A DNA stretch of 62,282 nucleotides, filler included. It is 6 parts of 6 records of this genome, joined end to end, with 100 filler letters (N's around TTAATTAATTAA, not from the genome) between each part and the next. Parts side by side here need not be neighbours in the genome. Positions count along the whole stretch, not along the records: positions 48,626 to 54,175 come from SRR31147125_44713; positions 54,276 to 62,282 come from SRR31147125_44726; 4 more parts are not named here. The stretch is one strand, 5' to 3'. A program made the position numbers and the translations under genes. Below are positions 52,000-62,282 of this stretch, in pieces (positions within the stretch are counted from its first letter, which is position 1; each line of letters starts with the position of its first letter). The notes below the pieces were generated by a model. The model saw only the letters and a list, made by a program, of their open reading frames with translations. It searched no databases and was not told where the DNA came from.

Positions 52000-52983
52000 T
52001 TACTTCTTTACATATCTTTGGTTTCTACTCATTGGTTTATCTGGAATAGTCATTTCAATCAATCCTGATTCCAAAAGAGGATCCAAATAATTCATTTTAA
52101 AAGATGATCTTGACTTTATACCCACCTTATCCATAAGTTCTAATGTTGTATATGGTACGCCTTCTTCAATAACATGAAGCAATTTTTTCGCTTGAATAGA
52201 TAGACTTCCTTTTTCTATATTTGATTGTTTTAAGGTCTCATTCATCGTTTCAATAATCGCATCTAACATAAATTCTATAAATACATTTGATGAACCTTCT
52301 AGATTTGATTTAGATATAGCATCATAGTAAGACTGTTGTTTCTTCTTTATGATGGATTCAATGGGTAAATAGTAAAAGAGTCCTTCTTCCCTAGCCAGCA
52401 AGCATGTTTGAAAAAGTCTCCCCATTCTACCATTACCATCACTAAAGGGATGTATAAATTCAAACTCATAGTGAAAAACACATGATTTGATCAATATATT
52501 TTCATCATAATTACTCAAGTAATCATAAAGGTGATTCATTAAAGAAGGTACTCTATCTGCTGGTGGTGCCATAAAAATAGATTTTTTGTCATCAAACACA
52601 CCAACTTGTCCTTTTCTGTATATGCCTGCATCAGGTATGAGTGATTCCATAAGTAGTTGATGATACTTGAGCAAATCTTTTTGAGCATATGGATTAATAT
52701 CTTGTATCTTTTCATAAACCTTGATTGCGTTTTGAACTTCTAGTATATCTTTTTGTGGGCCTAAGACAAGTTTACCATTGATTAAGTCCTTGACTTGAGA
52801 TTCAGATAATTGATTATTTTCAATAGCTAAAGATGAATGTATTGATTTAATTTGATTTTTTCTTCTTAATAATGGTTGACTACTTAAATTATTTAAAGAT
52901 GAAAACTGGCCAATCATTTTCATAATAATAGCAACTTTGTTAAGTAGTGATGTATTAATCTCATATGGTGGTTTGTAAGTCAT
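52000..52983 (-). CDS. Fic family protein with C-terminal winged-helix
   Basis: Canonical Fic motif HPFSDGNGRMGR; SLAIENN; PDKPMSRNQRY tail. Confidence 0.93.
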   Translation of the reverse strand: MTYKPPYEINTSLLNKVAIIMKMIGQFSSLNNLSSQPLLRRKNQIKSIHSSLAIENNQLSESQVKDLINGKLVLGPQKDILEVQNAIKVYEKIQDINPYAQKDLLKYHQLLMESLIPDAGIYRKGQVGVFDDKKSIFMAPPADRVPSLMNHLYDYLSNYDENILIKSCVFHYEFEFIHPFSDGNGRMGRLFQTCLLAREEGLFYYLPIESIIKKKQQSYYDAISKSNLEGSSNVFIEFMLDAIIETMNETLKQSNIEKGSLSIQAKKLLHVIEEGVPYTTLELMDKVGIKSRSSFKMNYLDPLLESGLIEMTIPDKPMSRNQRYVKK

Positions 52984-53028
52984 GATCTATCAACTCCTCT
53001 TTACTATATTATACCATGATTGTATTTA

Positions 53029-53064
53029 TCTTATATGTTTTCTTATATGTTTTCTTGTATGTTA
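53029..53064. repeat. 3 x 12-bp direct repeat upstream of fic
   Basis: TCTTATATGTTT, TCTTATATGTTT, TCTTGTATGTTA. Confidence 0.8.
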
Positions 53065-53349
53065 TGTGTAAACATATAAAACACTTTTCATACATAAGAA
53101 AAGATATATGGTTGAATTTTTTGCATTTAATTAGTGGCTCAGAAAACCAATAAATATTGATTTGAAGTAATTTAGAAAAAAACCTTCCCGCGAGTGAGAA
53201 GATCATTTCATAATCATATGTCGAACCAAGGGAATTCACATTATTTTCAGTGTGTAACAATCAAGACTGATACAAATGTTTTTAATTTACGGACTATATA
53301 GGCAAAGACCACTATTTGTATAGATGGATATATAAACATTGTTAAATCG

Positions 53350-53655
53350 TTATAAATCTTCAAGATAATCAACTCTTGAATAGATTCTAATTATTTCAAT
53401 CAATTTGTCTTTCCCATTATAAAAATACACGGTCATGTAGTTTTGAACAATGCATTTTCTCAAATCTATTTGAAAGATGAAACTCTAAATAATTGGGTAT
53501 GCTAACGGAAACACTAGAAGCTCATTAAATTTATCCTCAAATTTGTCGATTAGATTTGAAACTGCTTCTGGATTTACTAATTCTATTGCAATATAAGAAA
53601 ATATATTTTCCAAATCCTCTTTAGCTTTAGGTAATCATACAATACTATTTTCCAT
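53350..53655 (-). pseudogene. RelE/ParE family toxin with two premature stops
   Basis: MENSIV*LPKAKEDLENIFSYIAIELVNPEA...FPLAYPII*...RKCIVQNY...IEIIRIY; TGA 53635-53637, TAG 53485-53487; overlaps the antitoxin stop. Confidence 0.85.
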
Positions 53656-53908
53656 ACTTAGTTTTCATATCATTTAAAAACAATGCTCCATCAATCTTTT
53701 GATCAGATTTATCGATGTCCTTGAGTGAGTCATTGATAAGTTCAATCATCTGTCTTTTGGCAATCTCTTTCTCATAAACTTCGATACTCATAATAACCAT
53801 AGACCCATATCCATTTTTAGTGATAAATACAGGTTCTTTTGTTTCTTTAACGTATTTTGAAATTGAAGCAGTGTTTTTCAATTCTCTTATTGGTATTATT
53901 TTCGGCAT
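53645..53908 (-). CDS. Phd/YefM family antitoxin
   Basis: IIPIRELKN...EPVFITKNGYGSMVIMSIEVYE; SD AAGGAG; extended -10 TGGTATAAT upstream. Confidence 0.92.
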   Translation of the reverse strand: MPKIIPIRELKNTASISKYVKETKEPVFITKNGYGSMVIMSIEVYEKEIAKRQMIELINDSLKDIDKSDQKIDGALFLNDMKTKYGK

Positions 53909-54175
53909 AATAATAGTCTCCTTTTTATACCATAATTATACCATTTAACTATGTTTTTTGACTAATATTCATATTTATTAGCTCATTTTCACTCTTCTGT
54001 TTATCTTATCTTTAAATATTTTGTGTGTTATTCATAATATAGCGATTAGAGTTTTATAATCCAAATAAAATACCATGCAATTATAAAAAATATGATATAT
54101 TACAAACTACTTTATACATCATTCTCTCAACGACCAAACGCAATGATACAAATGGTAATCTAAGAATACCCAATA

Positions 54176-54275
54176 NNNNNNNNNNNNNNNNNNNNNNNNN
54201 NNNNNNNNNNNNNNNNNNNTTAATTAATTAANNNNNNNNNNNNNNNNNNNNNNNNNNNNNNNNNNNNNNNNNNNN
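54176..54275. other. Artificial contig linker
   Basis: N44-TTAATTAATTAA-N44. Confidence 0.99.
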
Positions 54276-56534
54276 CATGGCAATAATCTTCTTACCCATT
54301 GCCTTTCGGAGTGAATCAGAATCACCGCGCGTAAAGTTTGCAAGATGGCGGGATAGTAACATCACCTGTTCTTGAAAAACCGTAATTCCATAAGTGTCAC
54401 TTAAGTATTTTTCCATCATCGGATGATCATACTCCACTTTTTTACGACCATGTTTCCGGTCGATAAAATCAGGAATATATTCCATCGGTCCCGGACGATA
54501 AAGCGCATTCATTGAAACCAAATCCTCGAAACGGTTTGGTTTCAGGTTACGCAAGTGCTTTTTCATACCGGGAGATTCAAACTGGAAGATTGCGGTGCTA
54601 TCTCCACGGCTAAACAGTTCAAATGTCTTCTCATCATCCCCGGGAATCTTGTCAATATCAATCTCTAAGCCTTTCGACAAACGAACGTTCTCAATAGTTT
54701 CTTTAATAATTGAAAGCGTTTTCAATCCCAGAAAGTCCATCTTCAACAAGCCGATATCCTCAACGAAACGCCCATCGTATTGGGTCGTATATAAAGCCTC
54801 TTCTTTAGTCGGCATAACCGGGATATGATCCGTCAATGGATCGCGACTAATTAGAACTCCACATGCATGCACACCTGTTTGACGAACAGAACCTTCAAGT
54901 GTTTCTGCAAATTTCAAAGTGCTTGCTACCAACGGATTTGGCGATGTTTTCTCTTTTTTGAGTTCAGGGCTTTCCTTGTAAGCTTTTACAAAACTCATTT
55001 TGGGTGCTTCGGGAACCAACTTTGCCAAACGGTCAGCTTCGGGAAGTGGAAGTTTCAATACTCGCGACACATCACGAATTGCCAATTTAGTAGCCATTGT
55101 TCCAAATGTACAGATGTGCGCTACTTTATCCTGTCCATATTTTTCAGTTACCCAGTCTAAAACAAGTTGGCGACCATCATCATCAAAATCGATATCGACA
55201 TCGGGCATTGAGATACGATCCGGATTTAAGAAACGCTCAAATAGCAAATCGTACTTTATAGGGTCAATATTAGTAATACCTGTACAGTATGCAACTACTG
55301 CTCCTGCAGCTGAGCCACGACCTGGCCCAACCAAAACGCCCATGTCTTTTGCTGCATTAATAAAATCCTGTGTAATTAAGAAGTAACCAGGGAAACCCAT
55401 TGTTTTAATCGTATCCAGCTCAAAATCGATACGTTCCAGTACATCTTCGGAAAGAGGATCACTATAACGAGCTTTCGCACCTTCATAGGAAAGATGTTGA
55501 AGGAAATCAGCTTCCAGCTTAATCCGAAGTACCTTATCATATCCACCTAATCGTTCAAAAGCAGTATCTCCAAATTCTTCTCTCAATTTATCTTCAGGAA
55601 AATCTTCAAGATACTGCTCCTCTGTTCCAAAATCTTCGGGTATCGGGAAAGGCGGCATGATCGGGGCAGAATTCAATTCAAAATCTTCAATCTTTTCAAC
55701 AATTTCGGCGGTGTTGCTCAATGCTTGAGGAACATCACTAAAAAGCTGATTCATTTCTGCCGTTGTTTTAAACCACTCCTGTTTCGTATAGCGCATCCGG
55801 GTTGGATCATCAAAATCTTTCCCGGTATTCAAGCAGATTAGCAGATCATGTGCATCAGCATCTTCTTCATTAATAAAATGAACATCATTTGTAGCAATTA
55901 CTTTCACCTGATGCTTTTCAGCCAGCTGCAAAATTTCTTTATTTACAAGTACCTGGTTCTTATAAACATCCTCATTCAATTCAGGTGATTCAGATTCATG
56001 CCGCTGAAGTTCTAAATAATAATCTTCTCCAAAAACCGACTTATACCACTCAATGGTTTTACTTGCCTCTTCAAGAGTGCTCTTCATAATCTTTTGAGGA
56101 ACTTCTCCTCCCAGACAGGCAGATGAAACAACGAGCCCTTCACTATGTTTTTCAAGCAAGTTCTTATCAATACGCGGTTTATAATAAAACCCGCTTGTAG
56201 TTGCTTCAGAAATCAGTTTAATTAAATTTCCATATCCTGTTCTATTTTTTGCAAGAAGAATTAAGTGATCACCGGAACGGTCTTGCTTTTCAGATTTATC
56301 ATGAATTGTTCGGGAAGCAACATAAGTTTCGCATCCTAAAATAGGCTTGACTCCTTCTCTTTTACACACATCGTAAAACTCTTTAATACCAAACATCATT
56401 CCATGATCGGTAATTGCAAGAGCGGTCATGCCGTCCTTTTTAGCTTTCGAAACAAGCCCTTTTACACTGGCAGCTCCATCAAGAATGGAATATTGTGAGT
56501 GAACATGTAAATGCGTGAATGGAATCATTTTCAA
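54276..56534 (-). CDS. dnaE: DNA polymerase III alpha subunit, 3'-partial
   Basis: HLHVHSQYSILDG PHP domain, GPGRGSAAG, FERFLNPDR.SMPDVDIDFD, KMDFLGL. Confidence 0.98.
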
Positions 56535-56665
56535 CCCGTTTAATCAATCGTCATCAAATCCTATAATAGCGTTTTCAGCAAGTATAAAAATAAGCTTTTC
56601 ATTCCTGCCCTGAAAAGGATGTTGATTAAATGTGAAAAAGATTAATTGCCAAAGAGAAAATATGA

Positions 56666-57154
56666 TTAATAATCAATTAGGACTTGCTCCATCGTCCTGA
56701 AAATCAGATCGCTTTCGAATCCACGCCCTTGAGCAAAACGAGCAAGCTTTGCCTTTTTATCATATTGATTAACCGCTTTTATTTTAGACGCTTTTGACCG
56801 AAGAATTTCTCTTAAGGTTTCTTGATAGTCAGAATCCTTGATTTCTTCTAAGGCCGATTCTATAATTGATGAAGAAATTTTATCAGCTCGAAGTTGATAA
56901 GCAATTTTAATTTTGCCCCACTTATTAAATCGAAATTTATCACGCACAAAACTACGTGAATATCGTTCATCATCAATGTATTTTTCTGAGATCAACATTT
57001 CAAGAACCGATATAGATTCTTCTTCCGACAAACCCCAATCCAACAACTTTGTTCTTATTTTATTAGAGCTTTTTTCAGCACGGCTACAAAGAAAAGCAGC
57101 CTTTTGATAAGCATCTTTTTGTTGTTGATTCAATTTCATTTTAAAAGAATACAC
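56666..57154 (-). CDS. recX: Regulatory protein RecX
   Basis: CSRAEKS, YIDDERY, NKWGKIKI, RFAQGRGFE. Confidence 0.9.
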   Translation of the reverse strand: MYSFKMKLNQQQKDAYQKAAFLCSRAEKSSNKIRTKLLDWGLSEEESISVLEMLISEKYIDDERYSRSFVRDKFRFNKWGKIKIAYQLRADKISSSIIESALEEIKDSDYQETLREILRSKASKIKAVNQYDKKAKLARFAQGRGFESDLIFRTMEQVLIDY

Positions 57155-57175
57155 GAGTTAAAGTGAAACAAAATA

Positions 57176-59919
57176 CTATTGCACTTTATAATTAAAGAAA
57201 CTATTGTCCTCATTACCTACTACCAAATTAAAATATGGGTTCGATTTATTAAAATATCCAATACTGAAATCGGTGTTTCCATGAAGAGGAAATCCATCGT
57301 AAATATTACCATTTGAATTGATCAGATAAACCCGGTTTTCATTGCTGCAAACTATCCCAATTTTTCGATCAGTGCTCGAAAACTTATAAATATTAGGGCA
57401 ATTGGTAATTGCACCCTTAACAGTGTAATCAAGAATCTTTTTACCTGAAGCTGAATAAACATGCAACTCATTTTCATCAGCAAATACATAATCTGTTTTG
57501 CCATCGCCATTCAGGTCTCCGGTTGTGAAGTGATGCTTGCCGCTATAACCACTAACATTTAAAGTTTTGCTTGTTCCATTAAAATACTGAAGATGGATTA
57601 AACCCTTGGTGTCAGTTGTTGCTAATGCAGGTAAATCTCCTTTGATCAGATATACATCATTTTGCGAATGCTGAAAATTATCGGTGGTTTTTATTCTTAC
57701 ATTCCCACGCCTATCAAGTATATAGGTCTTATATTGATCGGAACAGACGATATAATCTTTCAAATTTACCCTAATATGTTTTATTGGATGCTGAACAGTA
57801 TGGTCTGAGCCTTCGAACTTCCAACCATCTACTAATTTCCCATCACGGTTGTAGGCAAACACCTTTTTATTTTCACAAGCAATGAAAAAACGATAATTAC
57901 GATTGTTGTCATAATCAAATACAGCTATTCCATTTGTTGCAGGCGAACGAAAATTAATTGGAAAACGAGCCACATTATTCCCATTCCGATCAATTAAATG
58001 AAGCTGGTTCTTCGTATTAAATAAATACTGTAGTTTTCCATTGCGATAATAATCAACCTGATGAATCTCTCCCATTATCTTACCAGATAGTTTAACCTTC
58101 CAACTAGCAACTCCTCCTTATTGATCAGGTACAGATTGTTTTGATCGTCTTGAATAACCACTTCCTTGTTCTTTAGATCAAGATGATTATCAACAAACTG
58201 GGGTTTGATCGCAACATTGCCTTCCAGCTTACTTTGCCAAACCGTTTGAGGTTCTTCTTTTAGCACCGGATCATATTGCAAATACAGGTTATTAAGAAAC
58301 TGGTCAGAGTTGGCTGAAAACTGCCAGCCTAATGCATAAAACTTTCGAGTAGCTTCTTCATTATTATCCAATAATTCTGAAAGTTCTTCACTTAAATAAT
58401 GATCTTTTAAATAGAAACCCTTTGAAAAATTTAGAAACAAACTAAAACTTGCCCGTGAAGCCATCTGCTGACTAAACTTCTGATAATAAATATCTTTTTC
58501 AAGGGTCTCATTCAAAACTAAATCGTGAATATATGCTTTAAGCGACACCAGGTTATCTGCAAATAAAAGGTGGTTGCCATAAAAACATAAGTAATTACTA
58601 GCTACCCCTGAAAAGGCCTCTCCAAAAAGCAACTCTGCCAAATTCGAAAATGGAAATTCATAAATTTCAAATTGATTATTGTTTTGAATTTGATAGGTAG
58701 TTTTCGAATCGTTTAAGTTCTTCTTATTTGCTTTCGCATAATTTTCAAGCATCTTTAATAGTTTCTCACGTGCTTGTGACTGACTTTTAACTTCAGCAAT
58801 AAAAAAGCGATTATTTACAGGATTATTGCGGGTTACATTGCCAAATACAACAGCAAAATTTTCATCTGAAATTTCAGCAAAAAGCTTTGTAAAGCTTGTT
58901 TTGCTGTATCGTTCTATCTTCTTTAAATTGGTTTCTCTTGTATAAAAATTCCCTTGTTTTTTTAGGAACTCCTCATAGTCTTCAAAGAATGAATCCAGAT
59001 TGTTTAAGTTCAAGTTAATGTAGAAACTGGCATTTGCCGAAATCATCTCCTCCATATTGGAACGACCAGCTTCTTGCCGGCGAAAGACATTCAAATAATT
59101 AACATTGGAGTCGTTTGAGAAACTAAATCCACCCATTAGGAGTGAAGTCTCGTTAATTGTTAAATCCAATTCTGTCCAATCTGCAAAATAGCCAAATGTA
59201 TCAACCAATTTTCGAAAACTTCGGGGTACTGCACGTTGTACCAACCGTGGAAACTTTCCATGATTGATGTATACGTTTAAATCAGAATTCGTACTTACCG
59301 TACTATATAGGTTCTTAAACTGGTTTTGATCTAAAAGGTTGTCAACTGAAATTTGTCGTATTCCTTCCTCAACAAATAAGGCATAACGGCTAAATAAAAA
59401 GATTCCGTTCCTAATGCCAAAATGATATTCTTCCTGATTATTAGTCCATTTGTAAATATCTTCCCCGTCATAAATACGCTTGCTAAGCTTACCATTAGGA
59501 AAATCATTTAATAAACTGATTATTTGCGTTTTCTCAGATCGATCGTTTAAACTAATTGCAATTAACGAACCTATTTCATCTTTCCCAGAGAAGTTATAAG
59601 CGATTACTGCGGATTTATTTTGAAAAACCTTTTTTGCAGTTGTATTTTCAACAAAAAGGGTTTCAATTGAATTTATTTCATGAAATAAAGAAGAAATTGC
59701 CTGAACGGATTTTAATTCATCAATTAACGGTGATTTTTTTTCCAATTCAGCTTTGAAGTTTTTTATAGAAGGAACCTCAACCACCAAAGGCGAATGCAAT
59801 GGAACGGCCTGAAACGCTGAGTTTTCTGAGTAATTTTTAGTTTGAGAGGTCAGATAGTACCCAATACCTAAAATTATCAATACTATTACAAAAATTGCAA
59901 GGAAAATTGTTTTGCGCAT
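57176..59919 (-). CDS. Large membrane-anchored protein (DUF3352-like N-region plus beta-propeller C-region), single gene split by a frameshift near 58112-58118
   Basis: Adding one base gives NKEGVASWKVKLSGKIMGEIHQVDYY, joining both ORFs; N-terminal TM anchor. Confidence 0.7.
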
Positions 59920-60011
59920 AGAACCGTGTTTTGACTCAAAAATACAACGTAGAATATCCAGATTAAATATAAATTATTTGAACAATTAACTGCTCAGTTT
60001 AGCCAATCAAC

Positions 60012-61271
60012 TTACTTCCGTTGATGAACTTCGCTGGCATCAACAATTTTATAAAGCTTGTCTGATCGCCTAATTTTTTCATCCAACTGAATGGAAAAGA
60101 ACTCTCCTTTCTGGGTTTCATCAACAGGCTTTAAATCAACCCGTATCTCTTTCACCTCAGCTTCAACCACTCCGGTTGTAGGACCAGTTACTATTATCTG
60201 ATCACCAACACGTAGTGTTCCGGATTCCATTTTGAATTCGGCAACTTTCATTCTCGAGAAGTAGTTCATGCCCTTGCCAATGTATAACTTACGTTGACTG
60301 GCTAGCGAACCATAATTCTTGCTCCACTCGCCCAAACGCTGACCCAGATAATAGCCATCCCAAAACCCCCGATTGAAAACGGTTTTCAAACGTTCGTCCC
60401 AATTTTCAATTTTCTCATCGCTAAATTCATCATCAAAATAGGCATCAACTGCCTCACGATAGCATCGCGATACCGTTTTAACGTATTCTGGAGAACGTGC
60501 CCTTCCTTCAATTTTAAGTACCGATACTCCAGCATCCAACAGCTTATTTAGGAAATGAATCGTTTTTAAATCTTTGGGCGACATGATGTATTCATTGTCA
60601 ATCTCCAGTTCAGCCCCGGTTTCATTATCGGTAACCGTATAAGCACGCCTGCAGGTTTGCATGCAGCTTCCCCGGTTTGCCGACGAATTCATTTCATGTA
60701 AGCTCAAATAACACTTCCCGGAAACGGCCATACATAGCGCTCCATGCACAAACATTTCCAAACGAACCAATTCCCCTTTAGGGCCGGTAATATTTTGCTC
60801 TTTAATTTGTTTGCTGATTTCCCAAACCCGCCCAATATTCATTTCACGGGCAAGTACAACCACATCGGCAAACTGTGCATAAAACTTAACAGCTTCAAAA
60901 TTGGTAATATTCACTTGTGTTGAAATATGCACCTCAACATCAATAGACCTGGCATAGGAAATGGCTGAAATATCGCTGGCAATAATTGCTGAAATTCCGG
61001 TTGCTTTAACTACATCAATTATTCCATGAAGTTGCTCAATCTCATTATCAAAAATAACGGTGTTTACTGTGAGGTAAGTTTTTACACCATTCGAATGTGC
61101 TTTTTCAGCAATGTTCTTCAAATCTTCCAAGGTGAAGTTATTGGATGAACGAGCTCGCATATTTAGTTGCTCGACCCCAAAGTACACCGAACCGGCACCT
61201 CCCTGAATGGCTGCTGCAAGTGATTCGTATGAACCAACAGGCGCCATTATTTCAACATCTCTTCTTTCCAT
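60012..61271 (-). CDS. Peptidase U32 family protein (RNA hydroxylation-type)
   Basis: EIMAPVG, HISTQ, EMFVHGALCMAVSGKC, NRGSCMQTCR, LKIEGRAR. Confidence 0.92.
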   Translation of the reverse strand: MERRDVEIMAPVGSYESLAAAIQGGAGSVYFGVEQLNMRARSSNNFTLEDLKNIAEKAHSNGVKTYLTVNTVIFDNEIEQLHGIIDVVKATGISAIIASDISAISYARSIDVEVHISTQVNITNFEAVKFYAQFADVVVLAREMNIGRVWEISKQIKEQNITGPKGELVRLEMFVHGALCMAVSGKCYLSLHEMNSSANRGSCMQTCRRAYTVTDNETGAELEIDNEYIMSPKDLKTIHFLNKLLDAGVSVLKIEGRARSPEYVKTVSRCYREAVDAYFDDEFSDEKIENWDERLKTVFNRGFWDGYYLGQRLGEWSKNYGSLASQRKLYIGKGMNYFSRMKVAEFKMESGTLRVGDQIIVTGPTTGVVEAEVKEIRVDLKPVDETQKGEFFSIQLDEKIRRSDKLYKIVDASEVHQRK

Positions 61272-61341
61272 TTAAAAGCAAGTTTAAGCCGCAAAATTAC
61301 ATTTATTTTGAGCACGCTCCAATTAGTAGAAATAAGATATT

Positions 61342-62282
61342 TTATTGTGCCAAAGTAAAGCGGAAACTCATGCCGAAATTGGTATTTGAAGTTGGGAATG
61401 ATAATGAAGTGAACGGTTTATTAATCACCTTATCGTAGAACACACGCAACTGAAACCGATCACTCAACATATAGTCGGCTGTGGTTTTTATAGTAACTGC
61501 ATTTTGCCCGGCAGTTAGCTGATCATCGCCTTCAACCAATTTTCGCAAGATAGTCTTGTTCTTTCGGAATGAAACATCTGCACGAATATTCAAATCGTTT
61601 GAATACGCTTTTTGAGAATTTCTGGTTTTAATAATCAAATCCATTCGTTGAAATCGATATCCCATTCCAAAAGTATACTCGTTACTTAACACCTCTGTTA
61701 GCTGGTTATTTGCAAAGTTAAGGGTCAGGTTTCGACTTCTTTTTATTTCAGCCCGGGTTGTTAAATCATTCAGCCAGGTAACATCCATATTAATCAACGG
61801 GCTAAACTGCTCGTTAATACTTACTGAATTAATATCGAAGCGGTTCATAAAATTACTGTTCAGTTCGTTAATCACATAACTAAACCCATCACCATAAACA
61901 GAATCATCATAACCTAAATTGGAAATGAATGAACCAACATTGTAGGTAGAACGATATGAATGATTGAAGTTTAAGGTTTTAACAAATTTATTTAATCCTT
62001 TAATCTTTGAAACCATTCCATCATAAGTTATTCGCCAGTTTGGCCTCATGTGTTTAATAGATGGAAATGGACTTAGAGATACCTTACTTGCATCTTGCCC
62101 TGTATATGCTGCAATAAACGCAGGAATTAACACTTGTTGCGAGTTTGCTCCATACCCATCAGGGAATTCCTCAATCCCCTTTGTATAGGCAGCTAAGCTA
62201 TTCAGTACCCTTTCGTCTGCCAATCTATTTGCAATAACAATCCGGTTGGCCATCATTGTTTGGAAAGCATCAGACACCTGAA
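61342..62282 (-). CDS. sprA: T9SS outer-membrane translocon SprA/Sov, C-terminal part (5'-partial)
   Basis: QVLIPAFIAAY, PNWRITYDG, SINEQFSPLI, NNQLTE, TAGQ, FPTSNTNFG..FRFTL. Confidence 0.9.
   Translation of the reverse strand, partial: QVSDAFQTMMANRIVIANRLADERVLNSLAAYTKGIEEFPDGYGANSQQVLIPAFIAAYTGQDASKVSLSPFPSIKHMRPNWRITYDGMVSKIKGLNKFVKTLNFNHSYRSTYNVGSFISNLGYDDSVYGDGFSYVINELNSNFMNRFDINSVSINEQFSPLINMDVTWLNDLTTRAEIKRSRNLTLNFANNQLTEVLSNEYTFGMGYRFQRMDLIIKTRNSQKAYSNDLNIRADVSFRKNKTILRKLVEGDDQLTAGQNAVTIKTTADYMLSDRFQLRVFYDKVINKPFTSLSFPTSNTNFGMSFRFTLAQ

Noticed and set aside
53009-53260. 83-aa ORF upstream of fic
   Set aside because: No family features; it overlaps the fic promoter and its TYKK repeats come from the 12-bp DNA repeat.
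54276-56534. Intein in dnaE
   Set aside because: The visible portion is collinear with normal DnaE and has no splicing motifs.

Overview
This window is six unrelated contigs joined by 100-nt linkers (44 N + TTAATTAATTAA + 44 N) at 17068-17167, 29562-29661, 42443-42542, 48526-48625 and 54176-54275. Contig A (1-17067) has mostly secreted carbohydrate-active and hydrolase genes, an RRM protein, uup and an aldo/keto reductase followed by a decayed copy of the uup 3' end. Contig B (17168-29561, Desulfobacterales-like by inference) has uvrA-tex-xerD-yihY followed by pfaD and pfaA, a PUFA-synthase-type PKS. Contig C (29662-42442, Desulfobulbales-like by inference) is an accessory region around tRNA-Arg(UCG) with many internally deleted or truncated genes, a nitrilase, an enolase-superfamily enzyme and a DMT transporter. 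Contig D (42543-48525, Bacteroidales) has a SusC/SusD pair and a small helical orphan gene followed by a cryptic, self-complementary array of about ten 21-bp phased repeats, which is the best candidate for an undescribed system. Contig E (48626-54175, AT-rich, Acholeplasmatales-like by inference) has TetR with a clear operator and promoter, a fused ABC transporter, Fic, a Phd antitoxin and a dead RelE/ParE toxin. Contig F (54276-62282, Bacteroidales) has sprA, a U32 peptidase, a large membrane-anchored protein, recX and dnaE. Many frameshifts fall in homopolymers and are probably sequencing errors.
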